The notes beneath the pieces are model-generated. The model worked only from the letters and a program-made list of their open reading frames with translations. It did no database searches and was not told the DNA's origin. The position numbers were made by a program, and so were the translations under genes. Shown in pieces: positions 1 through 14,100 of a DNA stretch of 64,000 bases. Within the stretch, counting starts at the first letter, position 1. Every line of letters begins with the position of its first letter. Source of the stretch: Blasia pusilla (Eukaryota); contig CM114271.1 of NCBI GenBank assembly GCA_050084515.1, positions 21,328,001 through 21,392,000 of the forward strand, given 5' to 3'.

Positions 1-3000
1 CGTCAGAAAAACTAATGTTTACCCATATTTTAAATTTGATAGACGGTTAGTTTAAGATTCATCTTTCCAAGTTTCTCGTATACTTCTGGTCTTGTTTGTT
101 CTGTACTTATCATCAGAAGCAGGCATGCAAACTCCTTGATTGTCTATTTTGTGTTTAAAAACTTAAAACAGGTCAAGAACTTGCAAGTAACAAGAGATGC
201 GCAAAACCAAGACCTAATTCGGCTGCAAATATCGAGAAACAGGGTGTGTCCAGTCTGGCAGCAATCTGAATGGTTGAATTGAGCTGAACCTATTTTCCAG
301 GACTTAGACTTTGCACTACAGCTCCCGTTCATCACTCCTTCTGAATGGTTAAGAAAGTAAACACAATGGAGGAACTCTCACTCAACTGATTCAGAATTTG
401 ATACCACTTTTATTGTGGCACAATCTGCAAATCAAAGTCTCATGGCGTTTTGGGGTCCCCGCGGACAATAAAACACTTCATTCATTCATTCTCTCCTTCT
501 GGACACTTGTTCCTACCCATATGTAACACGCAGTTGAGTACCTATTCAGATTGAAGGCGAGGAGAGCAGGAGATTCTGGTCAACAGCACCCTCTCCAACG
601 TATTCCACTCAGTCGTTGGATTCGCATCCCCATCAAATTTCCAGGGATATCATTCTAGCTAAGGTATTCCCAGGGACTTCGTTCCAGAACCGAGTGGCAA
701 TATTCGCTGCTCTTTCATCTCACAATTTTTTAGAAATAAGTACCACCCTCTGGTTTCACGCATAGACGGCATAGCATCCTAAAGAGTGTGACATCAGTGA
801 AATCAATGAGGAAATGATAATTTCGCTACGAACACAGACCAAGATTCAGCAGTTGGAGATGAAGCTGGGTTCAGTTACCACAGATTTGAAAAAGACAACG
901 ACGCTGTACAAAGACTGTTTCTCAAAGCTGCAGAAAGCAGAGTCACAGTGAGACTTCTAACTCTCTGAATTCTTTGTAACCTATTTACAATTACTACGTG
1001 AGCTTTAATTTGGACAACCCAAGGCAACTCATCTTTCAAAGAATGTTCATTTTGAGGGATATTAATGTGCATAGGTTAGGCATGAGGGTTTCCTCAGGAA
1101 GGCCTTTTCTAGCTACCTAGCCACACGTAGCTGGTTGGTTTTCTTCTGTTCTTTCACATCACCTTGGTTAAAAGCCTTAGAATCACATTATGCAGTAAAT
1201 TGCCAACACTGACCTTTTTGCTAAAAGATTTAATTTATTCGATCTAGAAGTTTATGAACTAGTAGTTAGATGGGGGGAAGTACCTTCAATTCAAACTCTC
1301 AAAGATTCTCATGATCACGGCTTGTCAACGCGCAACTGATCTGACTTAGTCGATACTCGCGATGTGCCTGATCACATTGTGTAATGTATGTGATGAGCTG
1401 CTGACTTTCAAATTGGAGTGACTGCAGATTTTCAGAGTTGAAGAAGGAGTTCGACCAAGTATTGACTTTACTTTCAAAGGTATTGTTTTCTACCAATGCA
1501 CACTTAATCATCCATATTTTCCACTGAGAGAAAATGCTACTGATTCTACAAAGCCCTTGAAAGGAACTGACAGTCTCGAACTCCTCTGCTTGTGCTCGAC
1601 AGAAAGAAGTGCTGGAAGTTTGGAACTTCTCAACCGTTCATAGCTTGCTTGATCAAGCAGTCAATTAGAGAGAAGCATGAATTTTTATCTGTAACTAGGA
1701 TTTCGAAGAAAGTAGCAAACTATATTGAAACCGGATCTTGGACTTGTGACTAGGTTGAGGAAGAGAGGATACAGCTAGACCAGCGATGTAAAGAGCTTGA
1801 AGGAGCGGCCGTGAAGCAGCGTCAAGGTTCGGGGCACAGTAGTCCTACCCATCCTGAGATTGAGATGATGCAGGTAGCGTCTCACGAGGTCCCTTCGTTT
1901 CTCACTTTCTAAGCAATTTTTCCAGAAACTGAACCAATAGTTGAATCATCTGATAGAGTCCAATGCTTAAGGAGACTACCCTTCTGGATGGTAGCAAAAT
2001 GAGTGTCTTGTCCACTAGATCTGCAAGAATATGCACGATTGATTGGTGCTTGTAAGAGTGCACAAGCTCAGGCCAGGACATGCCGTGACTGTAAGGCACA
2101 GGCACCATGGAAACCTGCACATCTCTTGACTCTAGGCGCTCCCAATCTGGGGATCACTTAACGGTTCCCAGGTGAGAAGAGGTGGTGGTAATAGATGTGT
2201 GGGGACGGGGCGGGCCAAAGCCCTTGATCACTATGCACCATGGAAAGTCTGAGGTTGGAGGCCCTTGATAGATGGGAAATGATCAAAATTTGCCCAGAGA
2301 TGGATCAATTGGTCTGAAGGTTAAAATCAATTTATTTTTGGCAAGAATAGATGGGATCTGGATTTCCATGACATCCAGGCTTTCAAGCAGGCCAATACTT
2401 TGCGAGGTTTATTTCAATTTTTGCTACCTTCGAGGCATCACCAAGCCTGTAGTACTCCAATATGCTGATAACAGTAAGACGTAGGAAAAAAAATGAATGG
2501 AGTGAATCGGACTTACTGAGTTATGAGTATCTACAAAGAGGTTTTCTACTCTTTCATTTCACTTCAACTAGAGCTGTGCACACGTTGTATAACAGTTACT
2601 AGATCGACAAAGGAGCAATTAGGGTTCTGATCAGCCGAGTCTCTAAAGGTCAGGATCGAGTGGACTTCAACGATACTTGTTTCGACGCAATCCACCTAAG
2701 AAACGTGGAATCTGAGTTACTGTTAATCTCCAAGTCGTTGGAACCTTTTCTGAGGAAGATGTTCTAAATATCGCAGATCATAAGGTAATTACACATAGTT
2801 GGCTTACACATCTCATTTGATCTACAGAGAGAATGTCATCGGCTGAAGAAAGAAGGCGCTTTACCAGAAAGTCCAGAGATTGCCGTGTGAAGGTCCTGAG
2901 TAACTCAATAGTACCAACTGCTACAACTGCCGGAGATTTTGCTACATATGTACTGGTATGCTTCTGGATGACTACATTCTTTTCCTGCATCATACCCATA

Positions 3001-4450
3001 AGATTCAAGAACAATCGATTCACCAGACATCTTCAAGCCTAAAATCACTGGATAGTTTCCATCAAATGACCAATTTGAAAGGTGATTCCCTAGATCTCCC
3101 AACTGATCCTGGAGCTTAAGCTTACTAGTTCTCCGACGCTACCACTCGTTTGTCAAACAGCCCGTGTCTTCACGTGTCGCCTGCGACGATTTGCCCAATC
3201 TGGATTTGCGTCCTTTTGCGAGTATGACAAAACAATACCAACTGCTCCTACCCAAAATACCGAAACTTAAATAGGTCGCGCGGTTAGTTAATGAACGACT
3301 TGTAAGCTTGCGTATTTCGGTTCTACCTTAGTGCAGGAGACCAATGGTTTGGTATTCTAGCAGGTGGTTCATATTGTTCACACTTCAATTCGGTGAGTTT
3401 CTTCTGACTCATGTTGTCAGCTACAGTTTGATCAGATTGAGAGGACTCTCGGACGATCTTTAGCCACAACAAAGTGCATAATTTTGGACGGCGTATTGGC
3501 GGCTACTGAAGTAGCAATTGCTTAGTGTTCTGTGAGAAGAGGCCGCTTGGAAACCAGCTCTCCTCTTCTTCAGTCGGATTTTAGCCTGGAGGCAATTGTA
3601 TTCATTTTAGCAACACATGCTCGAGAGCTCCCAGAGATTCATTTTGTGCATGGAGTACATGAGTGGAGATGATAAGAAAGGCCGTGTTGTTACCCAGAGG
3701 GAAACTCTGTTGAATAAAACGATCGCTTAAACTTACTCGTCTCATAAGCGGAACTTGAAGACCGCCGTATCTCCCATGATAGTGATTTCCGTGAGACCAG
3801 CGAGTTAATGTGGCAACGATCCGTCACTCAAGCTGATAGCGAGCTCATCACTATCACGGAATCCAACCACAATGACGAAAACAGAGGTTTGGTACATCTG
3901 ATTTTGAACCAATTTCTTTCAAAGAATTTGGAACGAAACATTCAAGTTCTCGGAATTGCAAAGTGAACCTTGACGAGAACAGATGCCACGCATTGAGACA
4001 GCTTACAAAATGTTTTTCACTCCCTTTAATTCTAGAGTTGGAGCAAAGTGAAATGAGATGGAACACTCGTATCGTAGAAACAATTCGCTTGCTATAGCAG
4101 TTGTTGGGATCTCAGTGTCGTGCTTTCCAATTGTGAGAAATCGTGCCTCCCAATTCGGAGATCTCGGCATCCTCAACAGCACGACGCGAAAGATCGATAC
4201 AAAAGTACGAGTGTTCTTCCACTTACATTAGGTCCACAACGCCGTGACAGTCGATAGATATCCAGATCTTTGCTTGTGCTCCAATTACTATGGATTTGAA
4301 TACAGCTGTTTCTTTTACATGAATTTTCTTATGAGAATGGCATCTTACCCGTCCCACTGGTCGTCTTCACCAATCTCGTAGTTGCTTGATTCCGCATATC
4401 CTTATCAATCCTGTTCATTTTAAATCCGCGAGAACGCTTCCATTCATTCA
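1..4450 (+). mobile_element. Heavily degenerate non-LTR retrotransposon (LINE/L1-like) relic
   Basis: Scattered + strand motif remnants in the expected order: ORF1-like 'IPLSRWIRIP' (~600-630), APE-like 'FLARIDGIWIS' (~2335-2370), RT-like 'SVRRGRLETSSPLL' (~3530-3570; resembles RQGCPLSPLLF) and 'GDD' at the YADD position (~3665). No long ORF remains. Boundaries are approximate. Confidence 0.4.
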
Positions 4451-5149
4451 TTGTGGTCGAGATTGTTGTCCAAAGGCCTGGATCTAAATGGTCGCATTGG
4501 TGTTTTTCTTGGACAGATCTGTGGGTCAGGGTTCGGGAAGTTATTTGTCAGCCCAATACCGGGAAATGTCAAATTTCCCGGTTCTTACCGGCGGCGACCG
4601 AAACTTTTTCAGTTACTGGTTTTTTTCCGAAATTTTTTTCCCGGGCAGTTTAAATCTGACAGAATTTTTTTTCCTTTCGGTCTATTTCTGATACATTTTT
4701 TCCCCAGCCACATTTCTGCCAACTTTTTTTGGCCTAGCCACATTTCCGGTTGCATTGTTTCTCTTCAGCAACTTCAATTGCTTTTTTTCTGTCACTAACT
4801 TGAAGTTTCCTTCAAGTTTCCCTGGTACTCAACTTCCCAACCCTTTTCTCTATCAATAACTTCAAGTTTCCTTGGTACCCAACTTCCCAACCCTTTTCCC
4901 TCGGTTTCATTTCAGGTAACTCTTACTTCCAACTTCCTAACTTCCTAGTTCCTACATCATCATCCTTGGCAGGAGTTGAACCTGGCAAGCCTCCCACCCA
5001 TTGGGAGCCAAAGATCCTAAATTCCTAATTCCCTACAAAGGATTTTATCCTCATCCTTGGCAGGAGTTGAACCTGATTTCTCTCCCACCAGTTGGGAGCC
5101 AAGGATCCTACCCCTCTAGAATACTTGGAGCCTCATTGCTCCAAGCATT

Positions 5150-7400
5150 CTAGAAGGGTCATACTCCTAAATCCTAAAACACAAAGGCTAAGATGTATTA
5201 GTACCTTCCTCTTCCACAGCTGGGGAGACATATCTATATGGATTTGCAAACAAGTACCTAAAATGAGCAGAATTCTTCCACAAGACCACAGACTCAGACA
5301 ATATATCCTCATAATCAGAGGACGGTCCTTCCAAGGAAATCCTCAAAACTGCATCCAATTACTTGGTGGTCAACCTGTTACGAGATTTAGTCTTGATCAT
5401 ATTCTGAATGGAAAATGCTCTCTCACATATGGCAGTACTAACACACTGGACCCTAGCTACATTTGCCAAAATCAACAAATTAGAAAATTTACATTGTAGA
5501 GAGGGACTCCAACTCACCATAGCCCACAAGTCTTTGAAGTTGCGATCCTTCCACTCATTGGTAGCCATCAATTTGAAAGACTGAAACTCTTGCTTTATAA
5601 GTGGAGAATTAATGATTGCAGGTTGCAACTGACCTTGCAATGGCAACTGGGCTCCGAAAAAACCACACAAATCATCTAAATCTTTACATCCCTAGCTACT
5701 CAATCCCACTTGCCGTGATGGCATGTGCAAAGGATTATGGATTTTCATTGTACCAACGAGGTTGTTGTCTCGAAATCGATCATGTAAAGTTGCACACACA
5801 CTTTCAGCAAACCTTTTCTGAAAGAACAAGGCAGCCTCTAAGTCACTTCCTGTCCGATCCCGAGACATACATATGCTATGAAATTTGTTTCCCTTGATCT
5901 CAAACTGTAAACGACGAAGATAACCACCAAGTGGCCCAAAGTCAAGAAGTATATGGTAACCTGTTTCTTCAGAGAAGGTTGAAGCATTCAAGTCATGAGT
6001 TTCCATCACAAAATTCATGGTTATCCTAGCTATCTCAGAATTGAAAATGCTCCCAATTGTGCTAACATCTACAAACTGGTATTGAAATATCTTACTCAAA
6101 CTAGCAAGCATGGAAAGAATGTCAGACAAAAAATACAATTGATAGATCATTTGGAAAGATCTCAACTTGTTAAACAAGTTGGCAGCATTCCCATCATCCT
6201 CTGAAGAAGATATATCTCTGAAGTACGTTATTACCGATTCTAAAGAATCACACAATGTGGTCACAACTTGCCAACGAGATAACCACCGAATCTTGTGGTA
6301 TCTCTTCATGACTCGCTGGGAGTCATTTAATTTTTCCTAAAAAGATAACAAGATTTTTTTCCTCTTGGAGGACCTTCTAAAGTAGCTAGCTACAGCATTG
6401 CGAATCCAGTCAACTTCAGAGGAGATTGACTTATAATCAAGAGCTTTGGCAGTTGATAAAGCGGCCAGATTTGTTCTATGGGCTACACAATGAATTGAAA
6501 GAATGTAGGGATTTACCTTGTGCCTCAATTGAGAGGCTATCCCTGTTTGGCTACCTACCATTGTTGAGGCATCGTCAGAACCAAATGCAACCATTTTGGA
6601 GAATTCCAATCCTCCATCTTTTAGTAGTTGGAGCAAAATTTCGGTAATAGCATTAGAACATTTTGATTCGCAACGAATTAATCCTAGAAAACAGGATTCT
6701 GCTTGGCCCTCTTCAATGAAAGTAGCGAATACGACCAGATGCCCTATTACAGATATGTCAGTCGACTCATCGATCATAATTCCAAAGAAAGGAGAGGCTT
6801 CAACTCTAGCAAGACTTCTACTAAGTAGGACTTGGCTAATGAAATAAGACATTTCACTACAACTCTTCTCATCTTAGTATAGGTCTTTGGTAATGGGAGC
6901 ATCAACAGAAACTGACAACTTACAAAGACTAGAGAATTTGATAAATGGGATAGCCTCCTTTGCAAGGAAGTATGCACATTTAAGCAATGTCATCAGAGCG
7001 GCTTCGCAAGTTCGATTGGTTGTGGCAATGGCCTTGGCCATGGACTTCTTACCCCCATTTGCAGCCCATGCAAGCTTGATATGCTCATTAGACTTGGCAT
7101 GATCAGTAAAGGCTAAAACCTTACAATTAATTGCACCATCCTTGGCAAAGACACTCTTCCCCTTCCCCTTCCTACAAACTTTACAAAAGATTCTACCAAG
7201 GTCAGAATCAAATTCAATCCAATCATACATTGAGTACCATACATCCTTCCATGCAACACAAATTTTCTCAAGTAAAGCCCCACTGCTGCTTGATGGAGTC
7301 TACTCTTCTTTTTCATCAGAAGAGCCAGATAATGGGATAATGTCTGGCCCCTTGTTTCCTTGTTCCTTACCTAGGAAAGCGGTCATAGTTTTCTATCTCT
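5150..7400 (-). pseudogene. hAT transposase, ZNF862/DUF4371-like, with frameshifts and stops
   Basis: Consecutive ORF pieces: 6874-7230 (Zn-finger 'IFCKVC...H'), 6337-6852 ('FGIMIDESTDIS', 'GSDDAS', 'IHCVAHRTNL'), 5692-6309 ('IRWLSR'), 5359-5670 (hAT dimerisation 'VSTAICERAFS...KTKSRNRL'). Confidence 0.9.
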
Positions 7401-7499
7401 TTTCCATCCCTGATCCGATACTCCAGGTATCCGAGGGAGACCAATGTCTCCAAGAAATTTAGAATCCCAAATTCCCAGGCACTTGGCGAGAAACCGAGA

Positions 7500-7900
7500 C
7501 TTCTAGGAGCGAGCGAGCAGCAAGTGCTACGAGACTCCAGAGTCCGAGCGTCAGAGCAAGCACGGTCCGAGCAAGCAAGCAAGTAAGGTCTGAGAAATAA
7601 GCGTCCAAGCGAGCAAGCAAGGTCCGAGCAACGTCCGACCGAGCAAGCAAGGTCCCACCAACGTCCGACCAAGCAAGCAAGATGAAAACAAGAACTGTGA
7701 AAAAACAAGGACGGTCCGAGCAAGCAGCCAACGTCCCAGCGTCCCAGAGTCCGAGCAAGAAACGAGCGAGCGTCCAAATAGCAATCGTCCGAGGGACCGA
7801 GACTCCGAGGCTCCGAGCAGTACATGAAAAAATGAGGCAGCGTCTCCGCGTCCAAGAGCGAGCATCCGAGAGCGAGCAAGGAAGAAGCGAACGAGGAAGA
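7500..7900. repeat. Array of short degenerate motifs (GTCCGAGC / GAGCAAGC) upstream of the hAT transposase
   Basis: Many copies of gtccgagc and agcaagc are visible inside the hAT boundaries. Confidence 0.6.
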
Positions 7901-8345
7901 GCGAGGAAGAATGAGGGCTCAGAGGGGCCAGCGTGGGGTCTCCCCCCCTCGGCTGGGCCCCTCGACCCTCCGTGCTGAGCGTCCGATCAGGATCGGACGG
8001 CTTAGAATGAAGACCTAAAACGCCGCGTTGGGGGGAGGGGGGGGGGGGGTAAAACGTATACTGGATGGTCTTGACGCAACCTCTCCTCGACATCATCCAA
8101 CTGTCCCTTCTACTAGCCAATTAGAGGCTACCAAAATTTTCCGCCTGCCGGAATATGACATGGCCAAAAACCGACCACCGGAAACCTCTTTCTGGCTTAG
8201 AACCGGCAGCCCCTCCCGTCCGGCGTCAGATTCCGATACATTTCTGCCGGAAACCTCAAAAGCAGATCGGAAAATCGTAAAATCAGCCGGCCAGCACAAC
8301 ATGTAACCGCGGATCTCCCCGATCATTGCTGTGGGTGTATGGAGA

Positions 8346-8409
8346 TCCTCCTCCTACACTTGTAATATAGATTAGGCTTCTAATCTATATCACTAGTGTA
8401 GGAGAAGGA
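8346..8409. repeat. Near-perfect palindrome (30-bp stem, 4-nt loop)
   Basis: 8346-8375 matches the reverse complement of 8380-8409 at 27/30 positions; loop GCTT. Confidence 0.85.
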
Positions 8410-9185
8410 CCAATCACGTGGCATACAAATTCAAAATTTCAAAAGTTTCCAATATCATAATATAGATTAGTATTACCCGTGGAGAGGGCCTTTTATTTTG
8501 GAACTCCTTTCCATGTAAGGATGGGGTTTAGGAACCCCTTCTCTTGAGGTAGGTTTTTTGCAGCCTTCCCGTATTGACACGTGTACAAGAGGTATCTATT
8601 TCCCATATGATATTTTCACTCGTGCATTACACGGGCAAGATACTAGTAAGTTTAAATTTCCTCCTAAGTATATTAGGCAATTTAAACTCTTGCAATTCTT
8701 AACTATTGGAAAAGTTTGACTACCTTGGAATGGTTCCCTCTTATAATCCTTGGTCATTCTCTATGGGACACTATTTCTGTCCCCTTCTTTATCTCTTTTT
8801 CATGATTGAGCATGCACTTGCAATTGTTACAACTTTAACAATCAACCTATTAACGTTTGGTTTTATTGTTGACTTGTCGACAATGGTATTGGAAGCTCAT
8901 TTAGCTTCTCCCACATGGTGTCTATTTCTCCTCTCTTGTTATTCATAGATCCCTTAGCTTTTGATGATTGGTGTAGCACCCCTTTCACATCCATTCCCCC
9001 CTCCATGATCTCAATTTCACACAAGATCGCTCTATTCAACTGCAAAGATATAACTTTACTCAGCATTGATACACAAGATATTGACGAAAGTGATTCTTTT
9101 CTACATAGATTAAGCAAATTATGAATGGATTTGATGGCGGAAATTGAGGAGGTAGATATAACCCACGATCCATGGATTCATAACG

Positions 9186-9396
<211 letters not shown>

Positions 9397-9989
9397 TAGC
9401 CTCTTAGGAGTTTAGAAATTCCTCAGACCATAATCCTCCCAAAACTCTCTTGAAGCTCAAAAACTCCTTGTAAGAGAGCACTCCTCGAAGAAGATTGCTC
9501 TCTCTTCTTCTTCATCATAATCTCTCCTCATCTTCCACATCATCTCCTTATCCTTACACGAATCCCAATCCTCTTCATCCTTTTGGCGTAATCCAAAATA
9601 ATGCACTTTTATCCTTAGTGATTCCTCTAATTTATTCTCTATATTATATTATCTTATTACACAAAATACTTTCATTTTGCTATTTGTCCTAGTGGATTTC
9701 AGGAATGTAAAGCCACGTGGTTGGGCTTGTCATTCGTTATACAACGCTGAAGTATCTAAAAGTGTCGGCCGCCTCATTTTTATAGCATCAAATATGTCTT
9801 CCTCCCTTCAAGAAGATGATGGTATATTACCACATTTGGCTAAGGGTCTATGCTTTCAAAGTTGAGCAAAGAAGTAGGTCTTGGTCGTTTTGGGCTATGA
9901 CTATGGAGGTTTCTCCTCTTCTATTCATGGTCTATTTGTCTCCTCTTGAAGAAAAATTCTCCATATTGCCATATATAATGGACATCCAT

Positions 9990-10940
9990 TGTCGTGGCCC
10001 TCATAACCAAACGAGTGCCAAGCGGAACATCCAACCTCTAGCGAGCTCACGCTATGATGGCTTGCGCTTTGGGATTTAGAGAAACACAAGTGCGACATGC
10101 AAGCACGGAGAGCGTTTAAAGTATTTCATGCATTTACGGTCGCAACTAAGGAAACCAGAACCAAACGCGAAACCCAAACTTAAGGAAGATGAGTCTCAGA
10201 AGGAAACGCGGCCAAGAGGGAGAACCAGACTTGGGGCGCGTCTAGCGGTGGGAGTTTCTGACTGTACTTTTGACCATAACTTTTAGTCCCAAGATGCGTT
10301 TGGGACAAATAAGATATCATTGGAAATCTTATGTGGATCCACTTCCAACGCATCAAAGATCTTGGAAAACGCTCAAGCAAAGGCTAAGATATGGGCCAAA
10401 ACCAATTGTAAGAGGAGTCGGGTTGAGGGCCAAAAAGAGGGGCACGGGTGCTCTTTCCCAATGGTAGGGGGACCCCAGAGATCCCCAGAAGTACTAGTAA
10501 GGGGGAACTCTCCAAGAGTTCTTGGGACTTGAACTCCACTTTGGGGCACCGTGGCGTGACTCAATAGAGTGGATTTCGGAGGTCCCTATTGGATTCCAAT
10601 TCGCGACTCATATTGATGAGTCTCGGTTGAATTGGGGATTCATGCGAGGTCTGTTGGATAGTTGGGACCGCTAGGCACGCAAACGCCGTTTTAGGTGCTT
10701 GGACTAACCTGAAAGTGTGTCCCAAGTCACGGAAGACTTGCCCGTGTTGGGAACCTAGGAAAGAGGGAAGGTTGAGCTTGAGATGCCGAGTCGAGGACTC
10801 GGTGGTTTGGAAGGCCGCTTGACCCAAAGCCAAACTAACATGAGCGCGTTTGGGTGCAGGTTGGTGATGAGAGCGTGTCCTACTGAATGTACGCTTCCGC
10901 AACACTAAGATTGACGTTTGAGGAGAGTAGGCGCACGACA
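9990..10940 (+). repeat. 5' LTR of element A
   Basis: Starts TGTCG, ends CGACA, immediately followed by the PBS; homologous to 15218-15890 and 16642-17644. Confidence 0.93.
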
Positions 10941-10942
10941 TG

Positions 10943-10954
10943 TGGTATCAGAGC
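10943..10954 (+). promoter_or_regulatory. Primer-binding site (initiator tRNA-Met)
   Basis: TGGTATCAGAGC, 2 nt after the LTR end; the canonical plant iMet PBS. Confidence 0.92.
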
Positions 10955-11108
10955 TAATCCTTGGTGAGCGAGATTTTGGGGTTGTGGGAGTAACGGGACG
11001 CTTGGGGGGAGAACCCAAGGTAGCGGCAAAGCCTAGACGCTCGAGGAGGGACGCAAGAAACAAGGAGGAGATTTGAGTGCATTGGCATAAAGATGGCAAT
11101 CGAGGGGG

Positions 11109-14100
11109 ATGAACCACGGAAATGCCGAGTCAAGTGACACGGAGCGAGAGATGAACCGATGCCAGATGGGGAGCCGGTGGAGGAGACGCCGACTCCCGAA
11201 GTGCCAAACACCAGACATGAGGGTGTCCCGAACACATACCCTCCTGTGGAGCCAGTGGCTCCAAAATCAAGTGAACCGGCCTTCTATGCCCAAATGATGG
11301 ACTATATGAAGATGATGATTGAGCAAGTATTCATGCAAAACAAGCGGATTGCACAGCTCAAGTCGGACCGAGCTTTGAGTTTCGGAAAAAAGCTCTTCAA
11401 GACCTAAACCTGCCCGCGCCATTCACTAGAGTGGGACATTCTTGCAAGGTGAAAGATTTCCTTACAGAGATGGAATATTACTTCGAGGTGCATAGGGCAG
11501 TGGAGGAAGATAAGGTGGCAGTGGCGGTCAACTTTGTAGAAGATCATGCGCTATAGTGGTGGACAACAAAGCGGGAAGAACATCTGGCCGGTGGTTCACC
11601 TCTCACTTGGGAGGAGTTCAAGATGTTGATCGGTGACCAATCAGTCGGGTACCAAGAGATTCACATTAGGGTAGAGCTCGTGCGATTGCGGCAGTCTGGG
11701 TCCCTGAGCGCTTATGTGAGGGAGTTCAGCGCGAAGTTGAACTCCATTCCTAAGATGGATGAGGCATCTGAGATAGCGATCTTCATCGGAGGACTCAAAT
11801 TGAGTGCAAAGAAGGCCTTGTACAAGATGCCGGAGTTGCCGAACACCTGCGTGGAGCTTTTGAGGCGGGCGGAGCGGATTGGGGAGGATGAGGTCCAAAC
11901 ACCGAAGACCTTTGAGACGAAAAGTTTTTCCAAGAGTCTGAAAAACAAAGGGGCTCCCAAGAGAGTCTGGAGTGGGGTTGAGTGCGACCAAGGAGAGTCT
12001 CTGAACCTGGCGGCGGACCAACAGGAACGCCATGCTAACCCGAAGGGAGCGTAGCATCCAAAGTCGAGAAATGGCAAGGTGATATGCTAAAACTGTGGTG
12101 AACCTAGGCACATGCCGAAGGGATGCTCCAAACTGAAGGTTAGTAACATGAGTATCATTGCGTTAGCTGCTAAGCACTTGTCGGCAAGAGGTTTGGAGAC
12201 CTCCCTTCAAGTCACCAAGAGGACGCCCAACTTGGTGTACCTAAGATCCAAGATTGTTGATCGCGATGTGATGTTGCTTGTGGATACAAGTGCTTTGCAC
12301 TCCTTCCTAAACCCGAGAATCGTGAAGGAGTTGGGTTTGTCAACCTCTAAGGCAGACGAACCCACTTGAGTAGGCTTTGCCGGAGGCAAGTCTCATCAAA
12401 CTTCTGAGTTGGTGTTGGGTTTGACGATAGGATGCGGAGTATTCGAGTTGAAGGAGAATTTCAAAATGTGCGAGATAGATGGCATTGATGGAGTCTTGGG
12501 GAACACATTCCTGGATGCATATGAGGTGGAGCTGAGACAAAGACCATTGAGGTTGAGAGTCTTAGTGAAAGGCAATGAGTTGCAGGTGAGATTGGTTCGC
12601 GAAATGCCTGTGAGAAAGGAGTTGGTGAACGCCATTACGAGGAGGAGTCTGACCGAGTTGGAGGATGGGTTCCTTTGCTTAATAAGACAAGTGGAGGACA
12701 TCACAAGCTAGAAGCGTAGAGATCAAGATGCAACTTTGAGGGGAATCCCAGGATTGCTACAGAGAGTAGTCAAGGAGTTTGGTGATGTCTTGACGAATAA
12801 GCTTCCGAACGAGTTGCCAACACATAGGGCAATCAATCATAAGATAGAGGTCATCCCCGGATCTCAACCATCTTCTAAGGCACCATACAAATTGAATCAA
12901 GAGGAGCTTGCTGAGTTGAAAAAGCAATTAAGTGAGCTCTTAGAGAAGGGCTAGATTAGAACCAGCAAGTCATCATATGGAGCGTCTGTTCTCTTTGTGA
13001 AGAAGAAGGATGGAAAGATGAGACTGTGTGTGGATTACCGTGCGCTGAATAAAGTGACGATGAGAAACAATTATCCTCTTCTGAGGATCGATGACCTCTT
13101 CAATAGATTATCAAGGGCAAAGTTCTTCAGTAGGATTGACTTAAAGTCACGATATTACCAGATTCGGATTGCCGAAGCGGATGTGGAAAAGACTACGTGT
13201 AGAACGAGATATGGCTCGTTCGAGTTTGTGGTGATTCCCTTCGATCTGTGTAATGCACCTCCGATGTTCATCACATGGATGAACTTCATTTCACAATGAG
13301 GTAGATGAGTATGTGATCATCTACATTGGTGATATACTTATCCTCGTACTCATCTATTCAAAGTCACTAGAATAGCACACTCAACACTTGAGGGCGGTGT
13401 TGTCAAAACTAAGGGCGAACAAGTTGTACGCGAATATGGACAAGAGTGAGTTCGGGTTGCACAAAATCAAGTTCTTGGGTCATGTGGTTAGCAAAGATGG
13501 ATTTATTCCAGATATGGACAAGGTGAAAGCCATCGCCGAGTGGAAACCGCCTTCCACAGAGAAGGGAATGAGGAGGTTTATCGGCGCGGTGCAGTTTTAC
13601 CGAACCTATGTGAGGAATTTCTCGGGTATTGTGAGACCTCTCACAAATTGGAACGTGAAATACGCTTACACCCAAGAAGTGAATGATGCGTTCAACCGAG
13701 TCAAGGAGATCCTATCGCACGAGCCAGTGCTAAAGCAGCCGGAGTTTGGCAAGCCGTTCGAGGAGCATACTGATGCTAGTGATTCCGCAATTGCAAGAAT
13801 GTTGGTACAGGAAGGAAGACCTGTAGCGTATGAGAGCAAGAAGCTCAACAAGAAGGAGGTGGCCCACTCATGAGAAATATTTTTTTGCCGTGGTCCATTG
13901 CTTGAGGAAGTGGCGTCACTATTTGGGACTTCACAGGACTCGAGTGTTCACCGATAACGTATCACTCAAGTATTTTGAGACTCAGGATCGAGTGACACCA
14001 AAACAACTATGATGGCATGATACCTTGGCGTTGATGAATTTGGAACTAATCCACAAGCCAAGGAAGGATAGTGTTATTCCAGATGCATTGAGTTGTAGGG

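Larger units (their letters stand above)
4527..8328 (-). mobile_element. Complete hAT DNA transposon (decayed)
   Basis: Perfect 8-bp TSD CTGTGGGT at 4519-4526 and 8329-8336. Imperfect TIRs (CAGGGTTCGGGAA / reverse complement CAATGATCGGGGA). CCGG-rich subterminal regions. Internal transposase fragments on the - strand. Confidence 0.92.

Noticed and set aside
7367-8120. Several 100-190 aa ORFs in the hAT subterminal region
   Set aside because: They arise from GC-rich short repeats and show no recognisable domains.
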